Source: Longivirga aurantiaca (lineage in GTDB: Bacteria; Actinomycetota; Actinomycetes; S36-B12; CAIYMF01). From it: a DNA stretch of 32,000 nucleotides. Positions 1 through 8,082 of the stretch are shown here, piece after piece (within the stretch, counting starts at the first letter, position 1; every line of letters starts with the position of its first letter). The notes beneath the pieces are model-generated. The model saw only the letters and a program-made list of their open reading frames with translations. It searched no databases and had not been told where the DNA came from. A program made the position numbers and the translations under genes. The stretch lies in NCBI RefSeq assembly GCF_042660085.1, contig NZ_JBHSTI010000002.1, forward strand, positions 240,001 through 272,000. Direction: 5' to 3'.

Positions 1-1
1 G

Positions 2-832
2 CTGCCGCCGCACCGACGTCCGGTGAACCTCATGTTCCAGTCGTACGCGTTGTTCCCCCACATGTCGGTGGAGAAGAACATCGCGTACGGCCTCGAGCGC
101 GAGGGTCTTCCGAAGGAAGAGATCCGCACGAGGGTCGCCGAGGTGCTCACCACGGTGGGGCTCTCCGACCTCGCGCGCCGGAGGCCGAACCAGCTCTCGG
201 GCGGCCAGCGCCAGCGCGTGGCGCTCGCCCGCGCGATCGTCAAGCGTCCGCGGCTGCTCCTGCTCGACGAGCCTCTCTCGGCCCTCGACCGCAAGGTGCG
301 CGCCGAGATGCAGCTCGAGCTCAAGCGTCTCCAGCACGAGGTCGGCATCACCTTCGTGGTCGTCACCCATGACCAGGAGGAGGCGATGTCGATGGCCGAC
401 CGCATCGCGGTGATGGGTTCCGGCCGCGTGCAGCAGGTCGACTCGCCCATCGACCTCTATCAGCGGCCCGCCACGCGCTTCGTCGCGGACTTCATCGGCA
501 CCAGCAACCAGTTCACCGGCACCGCCGCCGAAGGCGGCGTGCTCGTCAACGGCGTCGTGCTCCCGGGCCAGCCCACGGGAGGGGCGCCCACCGGTGCGGC
601 CGTGCTCGTGGTCCGCCCCGAGGACACGCGCCTGGTCGACGAGGCGTCGGCGTACGTCAGCGGCACGGTCGTCGACACGCAGTTCTACGGCGGCGTCTCG
701 ACCGTGGCCGTCGAGGTGCCCGGCCACGGTGCCCCCGTGCTGCACACTCGGCCGGGCGCACCCGAGGCTGATCGCGGTGCCGTGGTCCATATCTCCTGGG
801 ACGCGGCCAAGGCCGTCGTGCTCGCGGGCTGA
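2..832 (+). CDS. potA: ABC transporter ATP-binding subunit, PotA-like (polyamine-importer family); the 5' end lies outside the window
   Basis: The frame is open from the window edge ([21 protein letters not shown]). It has the Q-loop region, the ABC signature [14 protein letters not shown], Walker B LLLLDEP and H-loop VVTHDQ. A C-terminal regulatory domain follows RFVADFIG. No Walker A or start codon is present in the window, so the gene is truncated. Confidence 0.85.
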   Translation: MPPHRRPVNLMFQSYALFPHMSVEKNIAYGLEREGLPKEEIRTRVAEVLTTVGLSDLARRRPNQLSGGQRQRVALARAIVKRPRLLLLDEPLSALDRKVRAEMQLELKRLQHEVGITFVVVTHDQEEAMSMADRIAVMGSGRVQQVDSPIDLYQRPATRFVADFIGTSNQFTGTAAEGGVLVNGVVLPGQPTGGAPTGAAVLVVRPEDTRLVDEASAYVSGTVVDTQFYGGVSTVAVEVPGHGAPVLHTRPGAPEADRGAVVHISWDAAKAVVLAG

Positions 833-844
833 GGGGCTGCGCCC

Positions 845-2257
845 GTGACCCTCGCCTCGTCGTCCGCGCTGGTGGACCCCGCACTCCGTGACGCGGAGCA
901 CCGGGTCTTCTGGACGGACCGCCCGGATGCGCCTCCGGCGGCGCCGCCGCTCGCCAGTCGGGTGCGCACCGACCTGCTCGTGATCGGCGGCGGTCTCACC
1001 GGGCTGTGGACCGCGATCGAGGCGCTGCGCCGCGACCCGTCGCGCGACGTGATGCTGCTCGAGGCCGACGTCGTCGGGTCCGGGGCTTCGGGCCGCAACG
1101 GCGGCTTCATCTCCGAGTCGCTGACGCACGGCATCGCGCACGGCAACGAGACCTGGCCGTCCGAGATGCCCGAGCTGCTGCGGCTCGGTCGCGAGAACCT
1201 CGCGGAGATCGCGGACTTCGTCGCTGCGGAGGGGATCGACGCGCAGCTGCGGCTCCGGGGCAAGTCGCTCATCGCAGTCACGCCCCACCAGCTGGCCGGC
1301 CTCGCCTCCGCCCACCGGCAGCACCAGGCGGCCGGTGAGGACTCCGAGCTCCTCGATGCCGAGGCTGCGCGTACCGACGTCGACTCGCCGACGTACCTCG
1401 GTGCGCTGCGGGTGCGGACCGGCGGCGGCACGCTCGACCCCGCGGCCCTGTGCTGGGGCTTGCGCTGCGCTGCCCTCGCACGCGGCGCACGTCTGCACGA
1501 GCACTCACCGGTGACCGGGATCGCGGCAACGGCAAGCGGTGTCGAGGTGACGACGGCGAGCGGCTCGGTGCAGGCCCAGCGGGTGGTGCTCGGCACCAAC
1601 GCCTTCCCGCCGCTGCTCCGCCGGCTGCGCAGCTGGATCCTGCCGGTGTACGACCACGTGCTCGTCACCGAGCCGCTCACGCCGTCGCAGCGCGCGTCGA
1701 TCGGATGGCGCGAGGAGCAGGGGCTCACCGACGCCGGCAACCAGTTCCACTACTACCGGATCACGCCCGACGGCCGGATCCTGTGGGGCGGATACGACGC
1801 GATCTACCACTTCGCCGGTCGTGGCCCGGCCTCGGTGGAGGCGCGCGAGCAGTCGTTCCGCACGCTCGCGACGCACTTCCTCGACACGTTTCCCCAGCTC
1901 GAAGGACTCCGTTTCACCCATCGGTGGTTCGGTGCGATCGACACGACGTCGCGCTTCACGCCGCTCTTCGGCACGGCGATGGGTGGGCACGTCGCGTACT
2001 CCGTCGGCTACACCGGCCTCGGCGTGGGTGCGTCGCGGTTCGGTGCGCGGACGGCGCTCGATCTTGTCGACGGCGTCGCCAGCGAGAGGACTGCCCTCGA
2101 GCTCGTACGCCGTCGGCCCGTCCCGTTCCCGCCCGAGCCGGTGCGCTACCCGCTCGTGCGGCTGACCCAGGCGGCGCTCGCCCGCGAGGACGTCAGCGGG
2201 CGCCGCGGCACCTACCTCCGACTGCTCGACCGGCTCGGCGTCGGCTTCAACAGCTGA
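845..2257 (+). CDS. FAD-dependent oxidoreductase (DAO family, gamma-glutamylputrescine/amine oxidase-like)
   Basis: A 470-aa ORF with a GTG start 12 nt after the potA stop. It has the N-terminal dinucleotide-binding motif DLLVIGGGLTGLWTA and a strong G/C third-position bias. It is flanked by a polyamine-type ABC ATPase and an aldehyde dehydrogenase. Confidence 0.85.
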   Translation: MTLASSSALVDPALRDAEHRVFWTDRPDAPPAAPPLASRVRTDLLVIGGGLTGLWTAIEALRRDPSRDVMLLEADVVGSGASGRNGGFISESLTHGIAHGNETWPSEMPELLRLGRENLAEIADFVAAEGIDAQLRLRGKSLIAVTPHQLAGLASAHRQHQAAGEDSELLDAEAARTDVDSPTYLGALRVRTGGGTLDPAALCWGLRCAALARGARLHEHSPVTGIAATASGVEVTTASGSVQAQRVVLGTNAFPPLLRRLRSWILPVYDHVLVTEPLTPSQRASIGWREEQGLTDAGNQFHYYRITPDGRILWGGYDAIYHFAGRGPASVEAREQSFRTLATHFLDTFPQLEGLRFTHRWFGAIDTTSRFTPLFGTAMGGHVAYSVGYTGLGVGASRFGARTALDLVDGVASERTALELVRRRPVPFPPEPVRYPLVRLTQAALAREDVSGRRGTYLRLLDRLGVGFNS

Positions 2258-2299
2258 CCGCCGGCCCGACCTCGCACCGCGAACGCACCAGGAGCTGCC

Positions 2300-3760
2300 A
2301 TGACCGCTGGCCTGCACATCGACGGCACCACCCGCCCCGGCACCGGTGGCGTCCGCGTGCTGCACGACCCGGCCGACGGATCCGTCACGGCCGAAGTGCA
2401 CGAGGCGTCGACGTCCGAGGTGGCCGAGGCGGTCTCCTCGGCGCGCTCCGCCCAGGAGGCGTGGGCCGGCCGCACGGCCGGCGAGCGAGCACGCGTCCTC
2501 CTGAAGCTGGCAGACCTCGTGGAGGATCGTGGGGAGGCGCTGACCGAGCTCGAGGTGCGCGAGTCGGGCAAGCCCTGGGCGACCTTCCTCGACGGCGAGC
2601 TGCCCTTCGCCGCCGACAACCTGCGCTTCTTCGCCGGATCGGCCCGATCGTTGGAGGGCACGGGCGCGGGGGTGCTGTCGTCGGGCTACACGTCGATGCT
2701 GCTGCGGCGCCCGGTCGGCGTCGTCGGCTCGATCGCGCCGTGGAACTTCCCGTTCATCATGGGGGTCTGGAAGATAGGCCCGGCGCTGGCCGCGGGCAAC
2801 GCCGTGGTGCTCAAGCCCGCACCGGCGACGCCGAGCTCGTCGATCCTGCTGGCCGAGCTGGCCGCCGAGGCGGGACTCCCGCCGGGCGTGCTCAACGTGG
2901 TGACGGGCGGTGCCGACGTCGGCACGGCGCTCGTCTCGGACCCGGGCACCGACATGGTGTCGGTCACAGGCTCGTCGGCCACGGGCCGTGCGGTGATGGC
3001 CGCGGCCGCTGAGACGGCCAAGCGCGTGCACCTCGAGCTGGGCGGCAAGGCCCCCGCGATCGTGTTCGCGGACGCCGACCTCGAGGCGATGGCGCGGGCT
3101 GTCGCCCTGGGGGCGACGTACAACTCGGGCCAGGACTGCACCGCGGCGACCCGCGTGTACGTCGATCGCTCCCGCTACGCCGACGCCGTCGACGCGATGG
3201 CCGCAGTCATCCGGGCGATCCGCGTGGGCGCGCCGCGCGAGGAGGGCACCGACATCGGTCCGCTCATCACGCGCGAGCACCGCGACCGCGTGCACGGTTT
3301 CGTCAGCCGGGCCGCCGAGGCGGGTGCGGAGATCGTCGTCGGAGGCGAGCTGCCGGACGGCGCGGGGGCGTACTACGCGCCGACTCTCGTAGCCGGACCC
3401 CGGCAGGACAGCGAGATCGTGCAGGGCGAGGTGTTCGGCCCCGTCCTCGTCGTGCTGCCGTTCGACTCCGAGGACGACGCCGTACGGCTCGCGAACGACT
3501 CGCGGTACGGCCTGGCGTCATCGGTGTGGACGCAAGATGTCGGGCGCGCGCTGCGGGTGAGCCACCGCCTCGACGTCGGCGTCACGTGGGTGAACGACCA
3601 CCTGCCGATCGCGTCCGAGGCGCCGCATGGCGGCGTGAAGGGCAGCGGCTTCGGCAAGGACATGAGCCACGAGGCGGTGCTGGAGTACACCGTGACGCGC
3701 CATCTGATGGTCAAGCACGCGGCGCCGGTCGTCGACCTCAGCAGCTTCCGCCCCGCCTGA
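2300..3760 (+). CDS. NAD(P)-dependent aldehyde dehydrogenase (aminobutyraldehyde dehydrogenase-like)
   Basis: ATG start with AGGAG 6 nt upstream. ALDH hallmarks are present: WNFPFIMGVWKIGPALAAGNAVVLKPA, ELGGKAP (catalytic Glu motif) and GQDCTAATR (catalytic Cys motif). Confidence 0.9.
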   Translation: MTAGLHIDGTTRPGTGGVRVLHDPADGSVTAEVHEASTSEVAEAVSSARSAQEAWAGRTAGERARVLLKLADLVEDRGEALTELEVRESGKPWATFLDGELPFAADNLRFFAGSARSLEGTGAGVLSSGYTSMLLRRPVGVVGSIAPWNFPFIMGVWKIGPALAAGNAVVLKPAPATPSSSILLAELAAEAGLPPGVLNVVTGGADVGTALVSDPGTDMVSVTGSSATGRAVMAAAAETAKRVHLELGGKAPAIVFADADLEAMARAVALGATYNSGQDCTAATRVYVDRSRYADAVDAMAAVIRAIRVGAPREEGTDIGPLITREHRDRVHGFVSRAAEAGAEIVVGGELPDGAGAYYAPTLVAGPRQDSEIVQGEVFGPVLVVLPFDSEDDAVRLANDSRYGLASSVWTQDVGRALRVSHRLDVGVTWVNDHLPIASEAPHGGVKGSGFGKDMSHEAVLEYTVTRHLMVKHAAPVVDLSSFRPA

Positions 3761-3785
3761 CCCCTCGCCCCCGGGGTGCGAGTGA

Positions 3786-3824
3786 TCAATCCGTCGCTTC
3801 CCGGCCCCGGAAGCAACGGATTGA
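3786..3824. terminator. Bidirectional stem-loop between the convergent aldehyde dehydrogenase and CPBP protease genes
   Basis: TCAATCCGTCGCTTCC / GGAAGCAACGGATTGA forms a 16-bp stem with one mismatch and a 7-nt C-rich loop. It lies 26 nt after the + strand stop and 22 nt after the - strand stop. There is no U-tract, which is common in GC-rich actinobacteria. Confidence 0.55.
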
Positions 3825-3845
3825 CCAGGGTGAGCGGGTGGGGGG

Positions 3846-4688
3846 TCAGGGGAGCCAGCTGACCTTGCCGCCGAGGAGGGCGTAGCCCACGAACGCGACG
3901 GCGTCGATGAGGAAGTGCGCGACGACGAAGGGCATCACGCGGCGCCAGCGGCGGTAGAGCACGCCGAACACCAGGCCCATCGCGATGTTGCCGACGAAGC
4001 CGCCGAAGCCCTGGTAGAGGTGGTACGCCCCCCGCAGGAATGCGCTGGTGCCCAACGCCTTCCACGGCTTCCAGCCGAGCTGGTCGGCGCGGTGCAGGAG
4101 GTAGGCGAGGACGATGACCTCTTCGACGATCGCGTTGTAGGCGGCGTACAGGATCGGGTATGCGGCGTTCCACCAGCCGCCCTCGAGCGTCACGGCGGCG
4201 ATCCGCACGCTGAAGCCCATGTTGTAGGCGATCAGGTAGAAGACGAGACCGACGCCCCCGATGCCGGCGGCGAGCGCGGCGCCGCGCAGCAGGTCGCGCT
4301 TCCAGTCGCGGAGGTCGAACCCGATCGTGCGCGCACCCTCGCCGCTGCGGCGCAGCAGGTGGATCACGAGCAGCACGGGGATGAGCGCGAGACCGATGCG
4401 GGTGGCCTGGTACATGAAGTCGAGCCACGGGCGGTCGATGACGTAGGTCGTGATCAGGGTGGTCGTCTGCTGGCGCAGCGGAGTGCCCTTGGTGAGGGAG
4501 TCGACCAACGAGACGAACGAGCGCAGCGCCGACGCCGCGATCGAGACCCAGAGGACCAGCCACACCTCGGCGAGGAGGGTGCGTCGGTCGGGGATAGTCC
4601 GCGGGGCGGTCTCCGGTGCCAGGGCGGGCGGGCCCGGGCGCTCAGCCGCCTCGGCGGGCTGGTCGGGCGTGCCGTCCGTGCTGCTCAT
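3846..4688 (-). CDS. CPBP-family intramembrane glutamic endopeptidase (CAAX protease-like)
   Basis: A multi-TM protein with CPBP motifs: VEEVIVLAYLLHR (EExxx motif), FLRGAYHLYQG (FxxxH) and VVAHFLIDAV (HxxxD). I trimmed the 396-aa track ORF to the internal ATG (MSSTDGTPDQ) because the upstream 116 aa are Arg/Pro/Ser-rich, look non-coding, and overlap the PAC2 gene region. Confidence 0.75.
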   Translation of the reverse strand: MSSTDGTPDQPAEAAERPGPPALAPETAPRTIPDRRTLLAEVWLVLWVSIAASALRSFVSLVDSLTKGTPLRQQTTTLITTYVIDRPWLDFMYQATRIGLALIPVLLVIHLLRRSGEGARTIGFDLRDWKRDLLRGAALAAGIGGVGLVFYLIAYNMGFSVRIAAVTLEGGWWNAAYPILYAAYNAIVEEVIVLAYLLHRADQLGWKPWKALGTSAFLRGAYHLYQGFGGFVGNIAMGLVFGVLYRRWRRVMPFVVAHFLIDAVAFVGYALLGGKVSWLP

Positions 4689-4869
4689 GCTCCCGACCGT
4701 ACGGCGTGCGGGCGTGCTCCCGGTCGCCGGGACACGGTGCGGTCTGCGGGCACGGCGTCGTACTCCTGCTCGGTGGGGCCCAGGCGGAATGGGGGCGGGT
4801 GCGGTGGCGTTGCCTTCAGGGATGACGTGCGCAGGAGCGCGCGGGTTCCGACTGTTGGAGAATGGGCGC

Positions 4870-5793
4870 ATGCGACCGGAGAACCTGTACGAGATCGTGA
4901 TCGACGACGTCGACGTCGAGTCGCCCGTCCTCGTGCACGCGCTCGGCGGCTTCCTCGACGCCGGGGCCGCCCGGCAGCTGGCCGTGGCGCACCTGCTCGC
5001 GACGTACGAGCACCGGACCGTGGCCGAGTTCGACATCGACGCGCTGTACGACTACCGCGCGCGCCGTCCGCGGATGATCTTCGACACCGACCACTACGAG
5101 TCGATCGACTACCCCGAGCTGCGGCTCTCGGAGCTCACCGATCAGAACGGCACCGGCTTCTTCCTGCTGCACGGCCCCGAGCCCGACTTCGGGTGGCGCT
5201 CGTTCAACGCCGCCGTGGTGCAGCTCGTCGAGAGGTACGGCGTACGCCGCTCCATCGGTCTCAACGCGATCCCCTGGGCGACTCCGCACACGCGCCCGAT
5301 CGGTGTGACCGCGCACGCGACCGATCCGTCGATCGTGATGGGACGCTCGACGTTCGTGGGTGCGATCCAGGTGCCCGGCCACCTGGCGGGTGCGCTCGAG
5401 CTCGCCATCGGCGACGCGGGGCACGAGGCCATGGGCTTCGCGGTCCACATCCCGCACTACCTCACCCAGGTCGAGTACCCGCGCGCTGCCGTGCAGCTGC
5501 TGCAGGAGGTCGCCGTAGCCGGCGATCTCGCGCTCGACTGGTCGGCGCTCGAGATCGCGGCCGACATCGCCGATCGCGAGATCAACGAGCAGGTGGCCGC
5601 GAACCCCGAGAACCTCGAGGCCGTGCACGCCCTCGAGGCGCAGTACGACGCCATGGCCCGCGGGGCGGCGACGGCGCTGCGGATGGCCGACCTCGTCGAC
5701 GACGAGGAGCTGCCGAGCGGCGACGAGATCGCCGCCCAGCTCGAGGACTTCCTCCGCGAGATGGACGAGGGCAAGCCCGAAGACCGCTCCTGA
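4870..5793 (+). CDS. PAC2-family (proteasome assembly chaperone-like) protein
   Basis: From MRPENLYEIVIDD onward the sequence is typical of actinobacterial PAC2 proteins (LVHALGGFLDAGAA, FFLLHGPEPDFGWRSF, HIPHYL). The upstream 140 aa of the track ORF are Arg-rich antisense sequence of the CPBP gene and were trimmed. Confidence 0.75.
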   Translation: MRPENLYEIVIDDVDVESPVLVHALGGFLDAGAARQLAVAHLLATYEHRTVAEFDIDALYDYRARRPRMIFDTDHYESIDYPELRLSELTDQNGTGFFLLHGPEPDFGWRSFNAAVVQLVERYGVRRSIGLNAIPWATPHTRPIGVTAHATDPSIVMGRSTFVGAIQVPGHLAGALELAIGDAGHEAMGFAVHIPHYLTQVEYPRAAVQLLQEVAVAGDLALDWSALEIAADIADREINEQVAANPENLEAVHALEAQYDAMARGAATALRMADLVDDEELPSGDEIAAQLEDFLREMDEGKPEDRS

Positions 5794-5799
5794 CCCTCG

Positions 5800-5915
5800 C
5801 TGGGGTTTGCGATGAAGGCGACCCTCATCCAATAGAGCCGAACAATCCTTCCCATCATCCGATTGCGATGACGGGGGCCTTCGTAGCTCAGAGCGCAACA
5901 AACTAGGCCTTCATC
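5800..5915 (+). repeat. Copy 1 of a ~115-bp structured repeat (inverted relative to copy 2)
   Basis: CTGGGGTTTGCGATGAAGGCGACCCTCATCCAATAGAGCCGAACAATCCTTCCCATCATCCGATTGCGATGACGGGGGCCTTCGTAGCTCAGAGCGCAACAAACTAGGCCTTCATC. It matches the reverse complement of 7261..7375 with 4 substitutions and 1 single-nt indel (hand alignment). It starts 6 nt after the PAC2 stop, and its far end encodes the last 4 codons and the stop of the MFS gene. Confidence 0.9.
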
Positions 5916-7102
5916 AGTCGACCGCGGGGGCGGGCGGCAGCGACGGCGACCGCGGTCAGCGCCACCGTCGTCACGGCCAGCGCCAGCATCGCCGCTCCCG
6001 GTCCCCCCGCGTCGACGAGCACACCGGCCAGCGCCGTGCCGAACGCCGTCCCCACGTTGAACGCCGAGTTCACCCACGACGTCGCCTCCGCGCTGGACCC
6101 TGTGACGGCATCGTCGGCGATCACGTACGACGCCACCACGGCCGGCGCGACGAACACGCCCGCCACGAGGAACGCCAGCAGCATCGGCACCAGCCAGCCC
6201 GAGACCGCCGCCGCGACCAGGACGGCCGAAGCGCTGCCGAGCACCAGCACGACCGCCTGACGCCGTACGCCGCCCGGCCACAGCCGGCGGCCGTAGAGCA
6301 GCCCGCCGCCGATGCTGCCGATCGCGATCAGCGCGGCCGGCACGCCGGCGAGCTCGGCACCGGCAAGGCGCAGCACGGCCGCCACCGCCGCGAGCTCGAG
6401 GCCACCGAGCAGCAGGCCGACCGCCGTCGCCGGCAGCAGCCCCAGCAGGAACCGCGCGCTGCGCCACGGCACGCGCGGCCGCACCGCGACGGCGTCGCCG
6501 ACGGCGTCGCGCAAGGTCCGCAGCACCACCGCCATTCCGAGGCACGCGAGGAGCAGGAGCAACGACGACGCGATCAGCACGGGCCCGGGCGCGAGGCGCG
6601 CGACGGCGACCGCCGCGATCAGCGGGCCGACGACGTACAGCACCTCCTCGGCCACGGAGTCGAGGGAGAACGCCGCCCGCAGCGACTCGGGCTCGTCGCG
6701 CGTGATGTCGCGCCAGGCCGCGCGCATCACAGGCCCGACCGGAGGCGGGAGACAGCCTGCGAGAAGTGCCGCGGCGACGAGCAGCGGCAGCGGCGCGGTC
6801 GCGAGCAGGAGCAGCAGCCCGATGCCGAGCGCGTATGCGACGGCGGCGACGACCAGCACTCGGCCATGGCCGAACCGGTCCGCGGCCCGCGCACGCAGCG
6901 GGCCGAGCAGTCCGGCGGTCAGCCCGACGGCGGCGGTGGCGGCACCGGCCTCGGCGTACGAGTCGCGGACGTCGGCGAGCAGGAGCAGCGTGACGAGCGG
7001 CAGCACGCCGTACTGCAGCCGGGCCAGCGCTGCCCACAGGGTGAGCGAAGCGGCGCTGGGCAGGCGCAGCAGGGCGAGATAGCCGCGAGGAGCGGCGGGC
7101 AT
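5903..7102 (-). CDS. MFS transporter
   Basis: About 12 hydrophobic segments and a typical MFS loop, GPLRARAADRFGHGR, between TM2 and TM3. The start is placed at the ATG of MPAAPRGYLALL; the track ORF starts 13 codons upstream. Confidence 0.8.
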   Translation of the reverse strand: MPAAPRGYLALLRLPSAASLTLWAALARLQYGVLPLVTLLLLADVRDSYAEAGAATAAVGLTAGLLGPLRARAADRFGHGRVLVVAAVAYALGIGLLLLLATAPLPLLVAAALLAGCLPPPVGPVMRAAWRDITRDEPESLRAAFSLDSVAEEVLYVVGPLIAAVAVARLAPGPVLIASSLLLLLACLGMAVVLRTLRDAVGDAVAVRPRVPWRSARFLLGLLPATAVGLLLGGLELAAVAAVLRLAGAELAGVPAALIAIGSIGGGLLYGRRLWPGGVRRQAVVLVLGSASAVLVAAAVSGWLVPMLLAFLVAGVFVAPAVVASYVIADDAVTGSSAEATSWVNSAFNVGTAFGTALAGVLVDAGGPGAAMLALAVTTVALTAVAVAAARPRGRLMKA

Positions 7103-7177
7103 GGGGACGACCTTCCGGCACGGGGCGCGACGGCACGACAACGGTGCGGACGACGAGGTCCGCGGGCTGCGTGGCGT

Positions 7178-7203
7178 CAGGTCACGGCGGGGTGCAGGTC
7201 ACG
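7178..7203. promoter_or_regulatory. Direct repeat CAGGTCACG x2 (17 nt start-to-start) in the MFS upstream region
   Basis: Identical 9-mers at 7178..7186 and 7195..7203, 76 to 101 nt upstream of the MFS start. This is a possible regulator-binding site, supported only by sequence pattern. Confidence 0.25.
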
Positions 7204-7260
7204 TCCCGACCGTAGCGCGAGATGACCGGGCACGGCAGGCGACGGCCGCGGGCCGCTGTC

Positions 7261-7375
7261 GGTGAAGGCCCAGTTTGTTGCGCTCTGAGCAACGAAGGCC
7301 CCCTTCATCGCAATCGGATGATGGGAAGGATTGTTCGGCTCTATTGGATGAGGGTCGCCTTCATCGCAAACCCAG
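7261..7375 (-). repeat. Copy 2 of the ~115-bp structured repeat
   Basis: The reverse complement aligns to 5800..5915 at roughly 96% identity by hand alignment. Read on the minus strand, it starts 5 nt after the stop (7381..7383) of the S51-like gene. This is the same orientation and position relative to an upstream stop codon as copy 1. Confidence 0.9.
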
Positions 7376-7380
7376 AGGCG

Positions 7381-8082
7381 CTAGGGGAGGGTGAGGGTGG
7401 AGCCGGCGGGGTGCTCGACGCGCTTGCCGTGGCCGAGGACCCAGACCGACTGCCGGCCCTGAACGGTCCACTCGTGCGGTCCGCCGACGAGCGCGGTGTC
7501 CTCGTCGATGCCGAGCAGTGTCACGCCGTCCGGCAGGCCGAGCAGCGCGTTGCGCAGCATGTCGGGCACCCAGGCAGCCATCTTGTCGAAGTGCGGGATC
7601 ACGCGGACGTGCGGCACGAGGCCGAGGCCCGTCGGCTGCTCGGCGCGCATCGAGCGCATCCGCGGAGCCCAGCCCGAGAGCGCCATCGCGCCGGCGCTGC
7701 ACCCAGCGATCGCCGCACCCGCCTCGTGGGCGCGCACGATCGCGTGCCACACAGCCGTCTGGCGCAGGGTCTCGGCAAGGTACGCCGGGTTGCCGCCCGA
7801 GAGGTAGATGAGGCCGGCGCCCTCGAGGAGCGCCGCCAGGGACGCGTCCTCGGCGTCCTCGCGGGTGCGGACGTCGACGACGACCTGCTCGACGCCGAGC
7901 CGCTCGGCCTGCGCCCGTCCGAGGCTGTGCCAGCGCGCGAGCGACGCGTCGCCCTCGGGCGCGGCCGCGGTGGCGAGCTGCACGTACTTCGGTGCGCGGC
8001 CCGCGATGAGCGCGCCCTCGATGTCGGTCATGACGGGCAGGTACTCGCCCGAACCGACCAGTGCGATCGGTGCCGTGCTCAT
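7381..8082 (-). CDS. Peptidase S51 / cyanophycinase-like (class I glutamine amidotransferase-like fold) protein
   Basis: A 233-aa product starting MSTAPIALVGSGEYLP. S51-type motifs are present: GSGE near the N-terminus, LIYLSGGNPAYL, the nucleophile-elbow-like IAGCSAGAMA and VIPHFD. Its ATG overlaps the upstream gene's stop (ATGA). The upstream 282 aa of the track ORF are Arg-rich shadow sequence. Confidence 0.75.
   Translation of the reverse strand: MSTAPIALVGSGEYLPVMTDIEGALIAGRAPKYVQLATAAAPEGDASLARWHSLGRAQAERLGVEQVVVDVRTREDAEDASLAALLEGAGLIYLSGGNPAYLAETLRQTAVWHAIVRAHEAGAAIAGCSAGAMALSGWAPRMRSMRAEQPTGLGLVPHVRVIPHFDKMAAWVPDMLRNALLGLPDGVTLLGIDEDTALVGGPHEWTVQGRQSVWVLGHGKRVEHPAGSTLTLP

Noticed and set aside
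1505-3295. Long antisense ORFs throughout the window. Examples are 1505..3295 (-), 1450..3012 (+), 3915..5906 (+), 5457..7136 (-), 10039..11112 (-), 12720..14354 (-), 13031..14248 (+), 14748..16301 (+), 20800..22014 (+), 21938..23563 (+), 23458..25311 (+), 25663..26898 (-) and 27446..29536 (+).
   Set aside because: Their translations are Arg/Pro/Gly/Ala/Asp-rich and low in complexity, with no recognisable motifs. Each overlaps a gene on another frame or strand that has clear family signatures. Open shadow frames like these are expected in DNA this GC-rich.
5876-5915. tRNA-like strings: GCCTTCGTAGCTCAGAGCGCAAC inside the 115-bp repeat, and GGTAGAGCGCAC (minus strand) at 14626..14637.
   Set aside because: They resemble tRNA D-arm sequence. 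However, I could build no acceptor stem, anticodon arm or T-arm (GTTCGAATC-like) around either site. They are not tRNA genes and are at most degenerate fragments.
7103-7375. Repeat copy 2 as a riboswitch or leader controlling the MFS transporter.
   Set aside because: The element lies 159 nt or more from the start codon. A second copy sits at the 3' end of the same gene in the opposite orientation. I could not match it to any riboswitch consensus I know (guanidine, fluoride, ykkC types). A dispersed repeat is the more economical explanation.
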